Origin: Mytilus edulis
Taxonomy: Eukaryota
NCBI RefSeq assembly: GCF_963676685.1
Contig: NC_092346.1
Span: 27,962,001-28,026,000 of the forward strand
Direction of reading: 5' to 3'
Length of the DNA stretch: 64,000 nt
Shown here: in pieces, positions 27,429 through 41,698 of the stretch
How positions within the stretch are numbered: the first letter of the stretch is position 1
How the letters are laid out: every line of letters begins with the position of its first letter
Translations under genes and position numbers: made by a program
Notes under the pieces: model-generated
What the model was told of the DNA's origin: nothing
Database searches by the model: none
Seen by the model: only the letters and a program-made list of their open reading frames with translations

Positions 27429-28568
27429 TTAATAACCACATTTGATGCTATGCATGAGTCACCATCAGGACAGAAATTGGGTTTACATAGAGAGAATAAT
27501 ATGCAAAAAATGGACATGGGGCGGGACCAAACCTATAGATAACATAATAAAGAAATGATGAAATATAAAGAATGCGTCGATTGTTTTTTGGTTGCCAAAT
27601 AGCCAGTAACAAATATTTCACGCATATTTTAGCACAAATATAATAGAGATCAAAGGATAAAGAATAGAGTGAAAAGTGAAATGGCAAAAACTAAAAGATA
27701 TAAAATTATAGAAACTGTCTTTAATCTGAACCCCCCCCCCCCCTTCCCCCCTAGACACAGACGTTTTGGATTCGCCCCTGTTAAGTGTATCTTATAATAT
27801 TATACATTTTGTACGGGTCTAAATAATTGCTAAACGTACAATCCTATAATTTAGTGAAAAAAATCATTAGAGATTTGTATCTAATTATATTATATATTGT
27901 GTCACAAAATAAACTTGTATACCCCCTCCCCCTCCCAATGCAGTATTGAAAAGTAAATCGTTTAAAAGTCCTGAAGAAAAATATATTTTGAATACTTATT
28001 TATACAAAGACATAGGTATATTAATTATTGAACTACTGTGGGGCTTGAAAAACAAATGCTGGGATTCGGAGATGTGAACAGTAAAAAAAACTCAGCAACG
28101 AATCCTAAATGTAAAATGATTTGCGGCATAAGACATGAGAGCACATATTATAGATAGTCCAAAATGTGAGGGTCACGCCTCAGTATACAGTTTATGTTCT
28201 ATGTCATAGGACTATTGTTGTAACATGGGTTAGTAACTGGTAACTAGTAATTAAAGAATTAGTACCGGAGTATCACAGCTGTCGTAATTAGGTGATTTTT
28301 TTTCTACATAAAGATGGGGCTTAGTCCAAATAATTATAACGTTCTGGAAGGCTTTTTACCGGCTCCTTTTTATGTTTGCCTTCCTGCAACGTCTCTGAGG
28401 ATCAAGAAAAGAAAAAATGATATAGCATCAGAGAACATCATGATAACATGTATCTGGACTTAGAGAGGAGTGTTATAGTAGTCTCAGTTTAAATGCAATA
28501 TTTTTTATTTAAATGGTATAATTTGTCATTCAAATACAATATTATAAAATGTGTTGTAGTAGTCTCAG

Positions 28569-28916
28569 ATTTAAATGAAAAAATATACCATTCAAATAAA
28601 AAATATTGCATTTAAATGAAGAAATATACCAACTGAATAAAAAATATTGCATTCGAATGACAAGTTATAACAATTGAATAAAAAATATTGCAATTGAATG
28701 ACAAATTCTACCAATTGAATAAAAAATATTGTATTTGAATGACAAATTATACCATTTGAATAAAAAATATTGCATTTAAATGAAAAAATATACCATTCAC
28801 ATAAACAAAATATTGCATTTAAATGAAGAAATATACCAGTAAAATAAAAAATATTGCATTAAATTGAAGAAATATACCAATTAGATAAAAAATATTGCAT
28901 TTAAATGAAAAATATA
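28569..28916. repeat. 41-bp AT-rich minisatellite, about 8.5 copies
   Basis: The tattg(c) marker recurs at 28604, 28645, 28686, 28727, 28768, 28811, 28852 and 28893. An inverted unit lies at 28488-28541. Confidence 0.9.
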
Positions 28917-29832
28917 AAATGTTTGCAACTAATACCATGCCATAGTACACAATCATTAAACATTGATAGCAGTAGCCAACCAGACAATAGAATAGGCGCG
29001 AATCCATGATTGTACCTTAGAGGATTCGAGAGGGAACAATTATTTGTTGTAAGCATTGGCCCAATAGACAACACACGTCTGTGCCCACTTTGTTTAAATA
29101 ATAACATTTACGTCAACTCTTAAATACAACTTTTTTCTTTAGATTAAATTTAACAGTAAACATTGCATAATCTATGTATACATGTCAAATCATCAATGAT
29201 AACAAACTTCCTTAACATACTTTTTATGTTTTCTCAAAAAGACACAGGTAAAGTTGGCAATCAGTAGAAAAATATATTATACCGGTAAAACCAAGACTTG
29301 ATTTTGAATTTGTTTCGAGAAAGACCAAGATAAGTCGGGATCATTAGGACCAATTAGCAAAACGACTTTCAACAGTTTATTTTCAGGTTTGTGTCATCTT
29401 GATTAACAAGAAATTTCTTGATAGTATTAGAAGTATGTTTTAATATTAGTATTTGTTGTATGCAATGTTGTATGTGATGACTTAACTCGTCAAAATGTTT
29501 ACCAAAAATATAAATAATGGCAAACGTAGTTTACCGGTGTTCAAAGGTCATAAATCAATTGAGAGAAAACAAGTCTTGATTACAAACTAAAACCGATGGA
29601 TTGGCACAACTTTTTTGGAATTTTGGATACCCAATGCTCTTCAACGTTGTACTTGTTTGGCTTTATAACTATTTTGATCTGAATCTTATGTAGATGAAAC
29701 GCGCGTCTGGCGTATTAAATTTTAATCCTGGTAGCCTTTGATAACTATTTTACAATAGTCGATCATAGTCATTTTACGCTATGTGGTCTGAACCAAAGCC
29801 CTGTGCTGAAGGCCGAACTTTAAATGCATTAT

Positions 29833-30660
29833 CAGGTTGGGAACAACCCTCCAAATGAATAATCCCTAAAATGAGTCACTGTCCTCAAAGTAAAAAAATA
29901 TTACAAAATTGTTAGACATGTGTTGCCCATATATAGAAAAACCAATTCCCCCCTCTAAAATGGAATAGATGTTTTGTCAAAACATGTTAAATAGAAAAAA
30001 ATATGTTTGAAAAGAAATCTATGCCCCTCTCAGCCCTTGGATGGTGTAAACTTCCCAAAAAAAACGTGTATGGTGTAATGGTGTATGGCATACGGTGCAA
30101 TGGTGTAAGGTGTATGGTGCTATGGTGTATGGTGTATGAGGAATGGTGTAATGGTTTATGAGGAATGGTGTGATTGTGTAACGTGCGATCGGAAATGGTG
30201 TGAATGAACATTGTACGACATTTCATTGGTTGAAATCGAAGTTCTTTTTATTCTAATTTTTCGGATTGTAAACATAAACAATAACAAAAATCTTAATATT
30301 TGAAATTTAATTGCATTATTGGTAATTTCGGATCATGTAGATAGAATGGGGAATGGTGTATGGTGTAATGTGTATGGTGTATGGTGCAAAGGTGTAACGT
30401 GTATGGTGTAATGGTACAAGATGTATGGTTTAATGGTGTATGGTCTAATGGTGTATGGTGTTAGTGGGAAGTTTACACCATACAAGGACTGTTAATACAA
30501 GATAGATGTATAGTTCTTTGGCAAAAGATTCTTCAAATAATATAAATATGTGCCCTTTTGTACCAAAAAGTGTTATTTTACAAAAAAATACTTTATATCA
30601 CTTAAAATGTACCCCTATTAAAAGGAATATTTATTACATTGAGGGATTGTTCCAATCCTG
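29833..30660. mobile_element. TIR element (CAGG termini, ATTAT flanks) hosting a nested element
   Basis: caggttgggaacaaccctc / gagggattgttccaatcctg, with attat at 29828-29832 and 30661-30665. Confidence 0.65.
30031..30491. mobile_element. MITE with 27-bp TIRs and internal tggtgta repeats
   Basis: cagcccttggatggtgtaaacttccca / tgggaagtttacaccatacaaggactg, two mismatches. Confidence 0.8.
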
Positions 30661-32538
30661 ATTATCACTTTGATGGAGAATTGTCTCATTGGCACTCATA
30701 CCACATCTGATTTATATATATAAAGTGCCTAAAAGACAAAGAACAAAAATGAGAACACTGAAAGAAAAGAGACCCCTAAGAACCAACATATAACACAAAA
30801 AAACTAAAATGTCCAGACATCAACTAACGGCTTGAACACAAAAAGCTGGAGGCGAAAACAGGTGTTCTGGAAGAGTGAGCAGTCTCTGTTTCTTGCAAGA
30901 CAGCTGTAATGTTGCTAGTTATAATGCGATGAAAGAGGAACTACATCTATGACAATTCAATGGAGATAATTTAAAGCAGTTGAAATAAATATTCATTATT
31001 TCTTGGTTAAAAGGAAAGAAAAAACACTTCATCAGTTGATAAATTAAAGAAATGTCATAGTACAAGTGGTAAATCATGTTTTATACCATGTTCTTTATGT
31101 TTACAAAAAAAAAAAAATTAAATCGCTCGCCCTTACTTTTCAAGTTTCGCCTAAAAAATTTGCAAATTAATTTTTTTCATCAAAATTTTCGAATTACTCG
31201 CTCGCCCAATTTTTGGAGTCGAAAAAACAGTAAAACAAGAAATTAAATTGGTGTGGCCTAGTAATAGAATAGTCGACACAACATGCAAACTACAGAACCG
31301 CAACGAACATATTCCATCAACGAGTAAGTAATTAATTGATTATCAATTACAAAAAAAACCCAAACATAATGTATGTATATCTTGTTTACATATTTAGTTG
31401 TTATTTTATACAAATTCTTTTTTAACAGACAATTTGTAAAAATAATATATATTATGCTTATATATACTTCTTAGCGTATTTGCATTACTCAAATATTCGC
31501 TTAACTTAACCACTTTTATATATTTTTTTCATGACAAGGACATTTTATGGGAAAAAATTAAAAGCTTTCCGATGATTTTTGTCGTGTATAGAAAATATGA
31601 AACACTTTTTTCCCTCTCAAACTGCACTAATTTTTATTCCTTTTAGGCAATAAATACCACCAAATCATAGTACGTCACATCAAATTGCATACGAAAAAGG
31701 GTTGAACACAAATATTCTCTTGAATCAGACAGTTTCATTGCAGAAAAAAGCTACTGGGTCATAGACATATATCTTGGGTGGTTCAAAGCACCAATATTTT
31801 TGTATTTGAAGTTTGTATAGAATATTTGAGAAGCTTGAGGTGTTACATGGTTACTAAAGCTTGCACACATGTAAAAAAAGGTGTAAATTTGATTGGTTAA
31901 CTTCCAGTGATGGTTATTTCTTATATGCAATGAAATGTTATTTAAAATTTTGAACATAGTACTGGACAGGATAAACTTTACTCATGCCAAGCATTTCTTT
32001 ACTTGAAACAAAGATAAATTCTGCACATTTTTTTTAAAAGTGCAAATTTAACAAAGACTAATTGGGGAAAATAAATAGTGGTGTTACACCTTAAGCTGCT
32101 TTTACTTGACCAAGTACCACAATATCCCACCATTTAGTCGGTTATCAGTTGAGAATTTATATACTCCGGAATGAAGTCAGTTGTAGGAAAATAGACTATT
32201 GGTTGTGTTAACAGTGTACCAATGTCTCGAATTACAGATATTTTACCCTAGGTCAGGGAAGGCATATGACTTTAAACCTGATATTTTTTGCCTAAAATCA
32301 AATTACAAGTGTCGTCGATCTATCATTTTCTATCTAGTTTTGATGTCACTGTCACATATGAGAACGGATATGTCTTATTAGTTCATGTGTTTGCCTTTTT
32401 TTTAGTCAGTATGCTGCTTTCCGTTTAAATAACACTCTTATGTGTTTCTTACTTTTTGTAAGGGTTAAGTGTTTATATGAGCAATTGGTGTTCGTGCTTT
32501 TAATTGGGCGTATTGCGTTTCCCCTAAGTTCTTAATAC

Positions 32539-33338
32539 TACGTTTCCGGTAACTTAAAGTATACGACTCCAGAGTTTGTATTTATTACTTTTCCGGAAAT
32601 TTACCTGGTAGTAAATTTTGAAAATATGTTAGATAAATTATTTATTTTTAATTTTTATACAAAAAAGGTTCTGATCTTATATCTACAATCTATTAGATAT
32701 TACCAGAACAAAAATTCGGAAAATGGCTTACACATTTCTTTGGTTTGACTTACTTGCCAAACAATACGATTGAAGAATGCTTTGTAGAATTAATACTGAA
32801 CAGATGCTCCATCTGACGATAAATGCATGAAGTTTGGAGATTACATATTGGAATTTTACATAGATGGCAATTCGAGATTTCTACCAACCAATGGTGCCGA
32901 GTTTTTTCATGCCCACTAAAACGAGTAGTTTGACGCTAGCCATCGTATCATTTTTTTTGTCTTTGTCTATGTGCTATTAAAACTGCAAACAACATCATCG
33001 TAAAGATGAGAACTGTATCTATTAAAGCACCCGTTCGAAGATATGAAAAGGAGAATATGGACTTCCTTAATGAACAAAACACACAAACTGTAAACGGTGT
33101 GAATGTACTACTTTGGACTTTGTACGACGTGTTGGCTACACATCTTATAATGGCTTTGCTCTCTTCGTTCAACAGGTATTCATTAATAATTTTCCCGAAA
33201 AGGTAGTAATTTATTTTTTCCGGAATTGTTACTATTTTCCCGGAAAAGTAAGGTATTTATTTCAGGACACTAGACTTATTTTCCCGGAAACGTATTTGTT
33301 TTTTTCCTGGAAAAGTAATGCCAATTTCCGGAAACATA
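32539..33338 (+). mobile_element. Defective Mutator-like (MULE) element with transposase remnant
   Basis: Termini gtttccgg...ccggaaac and subterminal ttccggaaa repeats. Broken frame KWLTHFFGLTYLPNNTIEECFVELI...KFGDYILEFYIDGNSRFLPTNGAEFFHAH (about 32721-32917) resembles the MULE transposase C-terminus (TNNxxExFH). Confidence 0.7.
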
Positions 33339-33939
33339 AAACGCCGTTTAATTCACTAGTTAATGCATTTTAGTCTTAAACAGTTATTTTGATTCTAACA
33401 TTTTTAAAAACGCTCAACAACAAAAAATACTTAGTCATTTTCAGTCTTCAGGTCAAGTTTGAGACTTATCAACTGCGTTGAATTCAGAACTGTTCATCAA
33501 ATTTGCTAACAGTAAAATTCAAACTGTTTACATTGTAGTAGCTTTAAATTCAATTTAATATGTTGTTTATGTCTAAAAGTAAATAACATCTACTGAAGAG
33601 TCGGAACATAGACTGAACGGATCTATTATAACTGCAAGGCAATTGTCTAAACAGCACTAAATTTATTGCATTAGATTAGTTTGAAGTTTAATATGAAAGA
33701 CTGAATAATGACTTGATAATTCACCGTTCAGTCTTTGAAGAACTGTTTAGATCGAAATAACAATTTCTGATCACAACTTGTTTACTAGTATAATTGTTTC
33801 GTTTCTTTTGGCACATATTTTCTTTTATCTTATATCATACAATTCGTGTGTTATTTGTTTAATAATGATTGGAAATCAAAGATTGTTGACACTATAGTTC
33901 AATGCCAAGAGAGTGATTGATAATGTTCACCATAAAGTA

Positions 33940-34290
33940 TAAAAAAGAAGATGTGGTATGATTGCCAATGACACAACTATCCATAAAAGACCACAATGAC
34001 ACAGACACCAACAACTATAGGTCACCGTACGGTCTTCAACAATTAGCAAAGCCCATACCGCACAGTCAGCTATAATAGGCCCCGATAAGACAATGTTAAA
34101 CAATTCAAACGAGAAAACTAACGGCCCTATTTATGTAAAAAAATGAACGAAAAACAAATATGTAACACATAAACAAACACAACCACTGAATTACAGGCTA
34201 CTGACTTGGGACAGGCACATACATAAATAATGTGGCGGGGTTAAACATGTTAGCGGGATCCCAACCCTCCCCCTAACCTGGGACAGTGTT
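33940..34290. repeat. Abundant dispersed repeat (gatgtggtatgattgccaatgagacaac family), probably retroelement 3' tails
   Basis: Related copies at about 46740-47220, 61900-62260, 23300-24600 and 60500-60620. Confidence 0.7.
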
Positions 34291-35202
34291 AAAACAATTT
34301 TACAAAATAAATTACGAAAGATAACTAAAAGGTCTTTCTCTATATCCGATTTTACTGTTAAAACTACACACCCGCATAGATATACATACCATATAGGATT
34401 ATTTCAGTTGTTTAAATATTTTGCGGGTTAATTCATAGTCGGAAATCTTTTATCGCTGCGTAAGATTTTACATTATCGGGTGCACTAGTTAATACTATTG
34501 ATCTTCTTCACGATCAAGTATCGTCAAGGAACACTTCCTCATAGCGACATGCCTTAACTAACAATAACGTTATTGTATCTATGATTTTATAACCAACATT
34601 AATGGTATCGATCATTCATTTTTCCCATATGGGAAGTCTGGATCAAATACATTCACATGGTCATTTAGAAAGAAAAAAAACCATTTATTATTTTTAATGT
34701 GTTTTGTTTGTTTGTTTGTTTGTTTTTATTCGATTGTAAGTTGCCAAAAACTAATAAAGCAGAGAAAACACAAAGAAGCTTTCTGAATACTCGATTAGGA
34801 GTAAAATTCATAAATACAATGAGGTGTGGGCTATACGTTCATCAGACAGCAACTAAAAAAAAACAAATCCGGGTTATAAACTAAAACCGAGGGAAACACA
34901 TCAACTATAAGAGGAAGGTAACGGAACAACATAATAAGTTCACCAAAGACAGCTACAATCTTCAGGTAAACAATCAGTTTTCAACAATAAACAAGTTTCT
35001 GTACAATGTATTGAGCTCTTATTCGCCTCACATCTAAAAAAAAACCCAATAAAGTATAAAGAGTGAATAAAATTAATTTTTACAATTGCTTTTTAAGATG
35101 TGAGTATCTTTAAAATATAGCTAAATCGTTCTTATGATCCAGAAAATATTCAAACTTCACTTTCTTTTCTTGATTTCAGAGAATAGTAACATTTTAATTA
35201 GA

Positions 35203-38200
35203 ATGGTGGGAATTTCTTCCGCGATTTTGAACTGCATTCCGGTTGAAATATTAGTTATTCTCCATACAATCTCAGTAATGACACTGATTCCAGTTCAGTC
35301 ATATTATTTGATAGACAAAACGGCAAAGCAGCATAATCAAGCTCATATTTTAAAAGACTCGGAATCAGCTTGTCATGTGTCAAATGAAACCAGTACTAGT
35401 CATAGGAACGACTCAAGTGATATAATACAAAGGGAAGCAGCAGAGAACTTAATGTACTTAAGTTTATGCGTAACAATTGTTTCAGTAATTCCGATATTTT
35501 TGTTTGGGTACCTTTCAGATGTATATGGACGACGACTAATGTGGATTGTATGCGCCTGTGGTACACTGGCTAAAGAAATAATTTTACTGCTTACGGTAGT
35601 ATACGAACTTCCTACTTGGGTGTTGTATTTTGGACAAGTTATTTTTGCATTGACTGGCACATATAGTGGAGCAATGGTTATAATCTTTGGAAGTATTTCC
35701 GACACAACAGAAGAGGGTAAAGACAGGAGTTTCCGGATTACCGTTGTACAAGGAACAGGAATGCTAACATCAGCAGTTACAACTTTCGGAATGGGTTTCT
35801 GGATTTTCGAGGAAGCGTTTAAATTTCCAATCATAATGACATTGTTTCTAACTGCTATCAATCTCGTTCTGGGATTTCTTTTGCTTCCACAGAAAAAGAA
35901 ACCTGCAACCAAACTCAAGACAGTTCTTGCTCCTTTTAAAATATATATTGATGCAGAGCCAGATCGAAGACGAAAAATGTTTCTGTGCTTATCCGTATTT
36001 CTGGTGTTATCTTCGTGTTTGGTTGGCAAACTTGGATATCAGAAATTATTTCTCATGCGAAATCCGCTTTGTTGGAACGTTCTACATGTCCAAGTACTAC
36101 GTGCTATGCAAACACTATTTAACACCATATTTGTCATTGGGATTGTCCGCCTACTCCTGCGCATTACGTCAGAGAGTATTATTTTAATCTTTGGCATAAT
36201 TTCTACAGTTTCATACTTGATTGTGTTTGGTTTCTCGATGAATGACTTGATGGTATATTCACGTACGTATAAGAAGCCCTTCAATTTAATTTATGAAGAT
36301 AAGCACGATAACAATGGTAATTTAATAAAAAAAAAAAACAACTGGAGCAGAAATTGTCAGTTTTTCTCTGAAACTGCAATGCGACATGTATCAGATCAAA
36401 ATTTTATAAAACATGTATATTAAGTCCTTTAAAAAGGCCCAGTTGGATGCAATATTGATGCAAGTAGAGATAAAATTTATATTTAATCATTTCTCTCTTT
36501 TTCATCATAACAGATGAAGTGAAAGAAACAAATATTGATGAAATATTCCCGGGTTACATTTTTTATCATTTGGAAGGTACACTAAGGAATTGTCGGTCTC
36601 ACAGATGTAATATTACTCTACTTAAACTTCGTTATGAATTTCACCGTGAAGATTTAGTGATTTGATCCGAACAACTGTAGTAATACTTGTGTAGACAAAC
36701 CGCGCATCTGGCGAACTAAATGTTAACCTTTTTGTATATAATAACTTTTTACAATTGGAATAATTACAAATAAATACACAAAAAAGAGCAGCTAAACATT
36801 GAAAGGGAAACATAAGGGTTCAGGTTTTTTTTAATATTCACCTATTTAGTATTAAAAATACACGTATGACATCAATCGAACAGAAAATATACAAAAAGAC
36901 ATTCATATATTATTTTTAAAGAAACAATTTGATGTACACCATAGTTTCAAGTAACGTTAATAGGAGTTTTGAAGAAGCAGACAAATGTCTGGTCTGTCAC
37001 ATATGAGAATAACTTATTTTATTTGTCTGCTCAAATATATTGCTTTAATCATGGAAGCAGTATAAATGGCTGCTAAAAGTTTATTGTGTGCAGGTTTTTA
37101 CTGCACTTACCTTTTTCAGATGTGCTAGCAGGTTGCATGTCAATTTCAGCGTTTCCTATGCTAAGAGCCATCATGTCAAAACTAGTTGGTTCTGATGAAC
37201 AAGGTAATTGGTTCTTTATTGATTTATGGGGTGTTATTTTATTGAAGTAACTACACAGATCTGCATAGATTGTTGACATTTTAGTTATTTTTAATTATTT
37301 AGCAAGCAATGAGTTCCGTAAAACCTTGAAATAAAAAAATGCATTTAAGTTTAAGAAAATGAGGAGATGTGGTATGATTACCAATGAGACAACTATCCAT
37401 CAAAGTTAGAATAAATGAAGTGGATGTAACTAGTTTATTTGATGTAAATGTCACAATTAAAAAAGATAAGATAGTAATGCTTCAATAAGGTCACTTTTGG
37501 GGCCTTGCTAGAAGAGGTAAAAAATCATAAGTAAAATAAACCAAGAAACCTTTTGAAAAGTTTGATAATTTAGCATTAAAAAATCACTATGCATACAAAT
37601 ATCACTGCTGATGGACGTTCCGTCCTCAAAGATATCAACAGTCCAGTAGTCTTCTGTGTTGGCATTAAATTTAAATTATACGGTCAATGTCTGTATGAAT
37701 TCTACTTTATATAAGTTAATAAACAAGTAGTAGAATAGTAGAGATACTTAATTGGTATCCATTGAAATGCCGATTGTCTATCCAACAAATTCAACCATTA
37801 TGTTGATGATCAAAAAGTCCAGTACTTTGATGATATCATCTTCTGTGTAAAAAGATTTTCCATATTGATATAACAAAAAGCTCTGTTAAATGTGACAATT
37901 TAGTCGATCTTTCTATTGATCATTGGTAATAAAAAGGAAAATAACCCCAAAAAATAACTTTAGCAAATGGCAAATTCATATACCCAAAGTGTAAAGAGAA
38001 AAAACCAAAGTTTGATATATAACTGTGTGTAATTGAAGATTTTGGAATAGATCTTTAGACTTTTTCAGAAATCAAAAAAACAAAATTATGAGTTAAATTT
38101 AGTTATTGTTTATTTTGTTATAGATATTCTTTTAATTATACATGTTTGTGGAGCACAAACAAGCATCGGTGTTGTGTGATGTATTGGGACATGAAACAGG

Positions 38201-39745
38201 ATGTTAAAACTTTTTTTTCAATTAAAATAACAAATTCATTTTGTATACACTTTGTAATTGAAATATGTGTATTTAAAGCATTCTTATTTTATTGACAGGA
38301 TCCGTCTTTGCAAGTATGGCATGCTTAGATGAACTTGTTGCAGCAATTGCGCATCTTACTTACGGGAAACTATACACATTTTCTGTGGCTTGGTTTCCAG
38401 GATTGATTTTTGTAGTGATGTCGGGTTTGTCAATCATTACACTATTTGGAGCTATGTAAGTGTAGAAAATTATGTTGAACTTAAATTTTTGTTTCTCATA
38501 AACAAAGACATGACCGAATGAAAAAAAAGTTGAAACGCAAAACAGGAGGGAATCATACCTCCACAAGACCAAAAATACAAATGAGCTTCTACCAAAGTAA
38601 TTGTGATTGAAATCAAATTCTTCGCATGATTGACGTTTTGAGATGCCTTTAATTAAAGTCATAAGAAACCTAAAGTTGAAAAAAAATCATGCATATGTTT
38701 TTTATAACTAAATGGATAGTTTTCATTATACAACTTATGTACATATACTTTTTTCTGAGGAAAATTCTTTAATTTGTCCACATTTAGAAGAAGTTTATTT
38801 GTTTTTAATTGCTTGCTTCCAGGAAGCAATTCGCCGACATATTTTCCGTATGCATAGTGACCTGAGCGTAACCCTCCTCGTAAAATTCCGGCGGTCGCAA
38901 TACGCATGGATCTGTCATTAAAATAAACAATTATTTGATTGTACATGTTAAAAACGTGCTCAATACCCATGCTTTTTGTTATTTATTTACTATAAGGTGA
39001 AAATCGGTACACTTCGGCTTTAAAACACGGCACTTAATGAGCAGCCATATTTGTTAAATCATAACAGACAGAGAGAAAAAAAATTGACGATTATACGATA
39101 TATTTGCGTAAAAAATGCCAAAATCGTGCACAGAGTTCTAAGTTTATGATATATATTCATGCACTGGTTCAAGAATTGGATAAACATTATTTTTCACTAC
39201 TCACTGGTTTCATATGACTTTAAAGAAGTTACACAGTGGTCTAAATTCACACACTTTCATAGAACTTTATAGGTCATAAAGACAGTTACATTTGGATTAG
39301 ATTGTCCCCTGAAAATTTCCCTAACTTACGAATTAATTTTTTTTTTTTAACAAAAAAACATAATATTCAAGGTCGATTTCAGAAACGATGTCTAAGACTT
39401 TAAGAAATATCTCAAATATTGAAAAAACAAAATCCACCAAAATATTTTGTCGTGGCAGATACAAAACATAGAAAAATATTTTATATAGACATCATGTATT
39501 ATGGATCGGATCCAGGATGTTTAAGATCGCCAAATACTGTAAAATAAAATTCTCAAATTTTCTCAACCAGGCAATTTTGTTGTTGTTATTGAATCATAAA
39601 TAAATATTATATATATATTCTTGATAATTGTAGAGTCCTTCATGGTTGGATGCACAAAGATCCAAATGAATCAGTTAAAGCTTTAAGCTACATTAATACT
39701 TCAAGTTTTTCAAGTGATACAAAGGAAACAGGAAATGTCATCTGA
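35203..39745 (+). CDS. SLC46-family MFS transporter (proton-coupled folate transporter / SLC46A1-A3-like), 470 aa
   Basis: Exons 35203-36262, 37120-37203, 38299-38455 and 39634-39745, all GT-AG, totalling 1413 nt in frame. MFS motif A GYLSDVYGRR. SLC46-type FLMRNPLCW and PMLRAIMSKLVGSDEQGSVFA...FPGLIF segments. The acceptor at 35178-35179 implies an upstream non-coding exon. Confidence 0.92.
38657..39219. mobile_element. Kolobok-type MITE in the last intron of the SLC46 gene
   Basis: TTAA at 38653-38656 and 39220-39223. TIRs AGTCATAAGAAACC / GGTTTCATATGACT. Confidence 0.85.
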
Positions 39746-41437
39746 TTTTTATGAATAATAGATGCTTTATTAGATCCTGGTATCTATGATGAATTTATTT
39801 ATTCCCTATTTCGTGTAGTACAAGGTTAAAAGAATTCTACATCATTCCATAAAATCAGAAAAGTATTACGAACACACAATTCTGTTGAAGATAATTTAGA
39901 TGCATTATTCAGAATCTTGCATGTTTTTTTTTTCAAATATCAAATTGTGCACATCAGGAACAAAATGTAATAAATTTTGACCTCATTTCATGATGATGCA
40001 ATTATCAATAATATGTTAGCATGCTTAGTACAATATTTGGTTATTATACATTGGTATGTACCGACCATTCATCTTTTGTAAAAAGAGTGGGACAGAAAAC
40101 TGTTTTCTTAGGAAAATAATTGTTTCCGACTTCGATAAAACATAACAATATCATCATTATTGCTACTTCTAGATGGCCTATCAAAGTTTGAATACTTAAA
40201 TAATTCATAATTCAATATCAGATTGGTTCACAACCTATCATACTTTATAAGTATAATAGTTACAAGGAGGATACACATTTGTCTTTTCTTCTTACTTCTC
40301 AAATTATTCTTCAGAATTTCTATTCTGAAACAATCATACTGCCCCTGTCCCTTTTAGGTAGAGTGGAATATTATTTAAGACAACTATTCTGTTGTCAGTT
40401 ATCATATGTGCGTTCTTAAATTTTCAAGGTCGTGCACTATCGAAGTTTGAATACTTAAATTTAAATAATTCATATAAAAAATCACATTGGTTCACAAACT
40501 TCATTTCTTTGAATTTCACCGTTAAAGCATTTGTTTAAAAAAAATATCTGTGTTTCAATAAAACAGGAATTGAAGTGTTTACGGATTCAAATAAATAATA
40601 AATTATCATCTGAAATCGTTTAATAACGAACAAACTCCGGATTTTAATTTACACGATTATGCATTATTTCCTATGAGCAAGCTCTCCAAAGTTAGAAAAT
40701 AGAATTAAAATTGACCCACACCATGTTTATTAATCTTCTATTATTGCTTTCAAATACATTTATCGAACTGTTTGTTGCATACATATACATATATATTATT
40801 AACTCAATTTATATTTCATGTTTTTTGTCAAATGTATTTCTATTTTTATTTTCTTGTTTATTGTTTATTGCAATTGTGTGATAAAAAATCAATGTAATTA
40901 TGCCTATAATGGGTCCACTATTGAAAATAAAAATTTTATCTCATCTTATCTGTATGTAATCAGTACCATCCATATATTTGATTTTCAAAAGTTTGTGATA
41001 TATGCTATTTTTTGTATATTCATGGCTTCAGTTTCCATTTATACCATAAAGTATTGACACTAATCTACCAAATGAGCAAATGAAAATCGGGTGTCATTTT
41101 CAATTTTTTTTTCGTAAAATTCATGTGATATGTAAATATAACGGAATTTGACGAGACAGTCATCAAAGTGAGAGGGTTAGCGCTATAAAACCAGGTTTAA
41201 TCCACCATTTTCTACATTTGAAAATGCCTGTACCAAGTCTGGAATATTACAGTTTTTGTCCATTCGTTTTTTATGCGTTTTGTTATTTGATTTTGCCATG
41301 TGATTATGGACTTTCCGAATTGATTTTCCTCTAAGTTCAGTATTTTTTTGTTATTTTACTTTTTTCAATAACAAAATCCGTTAGACCAAAAACATTAATA
41401 ATTCCCCGACTAATGCATGGTGTGGTAAAGAATAAAC

Positions 41438-41698
41438 TTGATTGATAGATTGCTTGTGTTTTAACGCAACTTTTAAGCGCCACTTTTGGGCAATTTCGTG
41501 GCGGCAAAATCTTATTGGTGGAGGAAACCGGAGTGCCCGGAGAAAACCACCGACCTTCGATAAGAAAACTGACCATACTAGTCAATTTAGATTGGATTAG
41601 AGAACACCCACACGACGGGGTTCGAACTCACAACCCCAGTGTTGACTAGCTAGTAATTACAGTAGAAGAACTACATAGACAAATTGACCACCTAGGCC
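41438..41698 (-). mobile_element. tRNA-derived SINE with V-type central domain
   Basis: B-box GTTCGAACC (41619-41627, minus). Conserved GGTTTTCTCCGGGCACTCCGGTTTCCTCCACCAATAA. (CAAT)n-like tail. Confidence 0.85.

Noticed and set aside
29987-30226. His/Thr/Pro-rich ORF
   Set aside because: Translation of tggtgta repeats inside a MITE.
35400-36029. 209-aa minus-strand ORF
   Set aside because: Antisense shadow of the SLC46 exon.
36263-36423. C-terminal part of the 429-aa ORF (RTYKKPF...)
   Set aside because: Intron read-through. The donor at 36263 splices to downstream exons that complete the MFS fold.
41600-41698. tRNA-like B-box
   Set aside because: SINE head with no complete cloverleaf.
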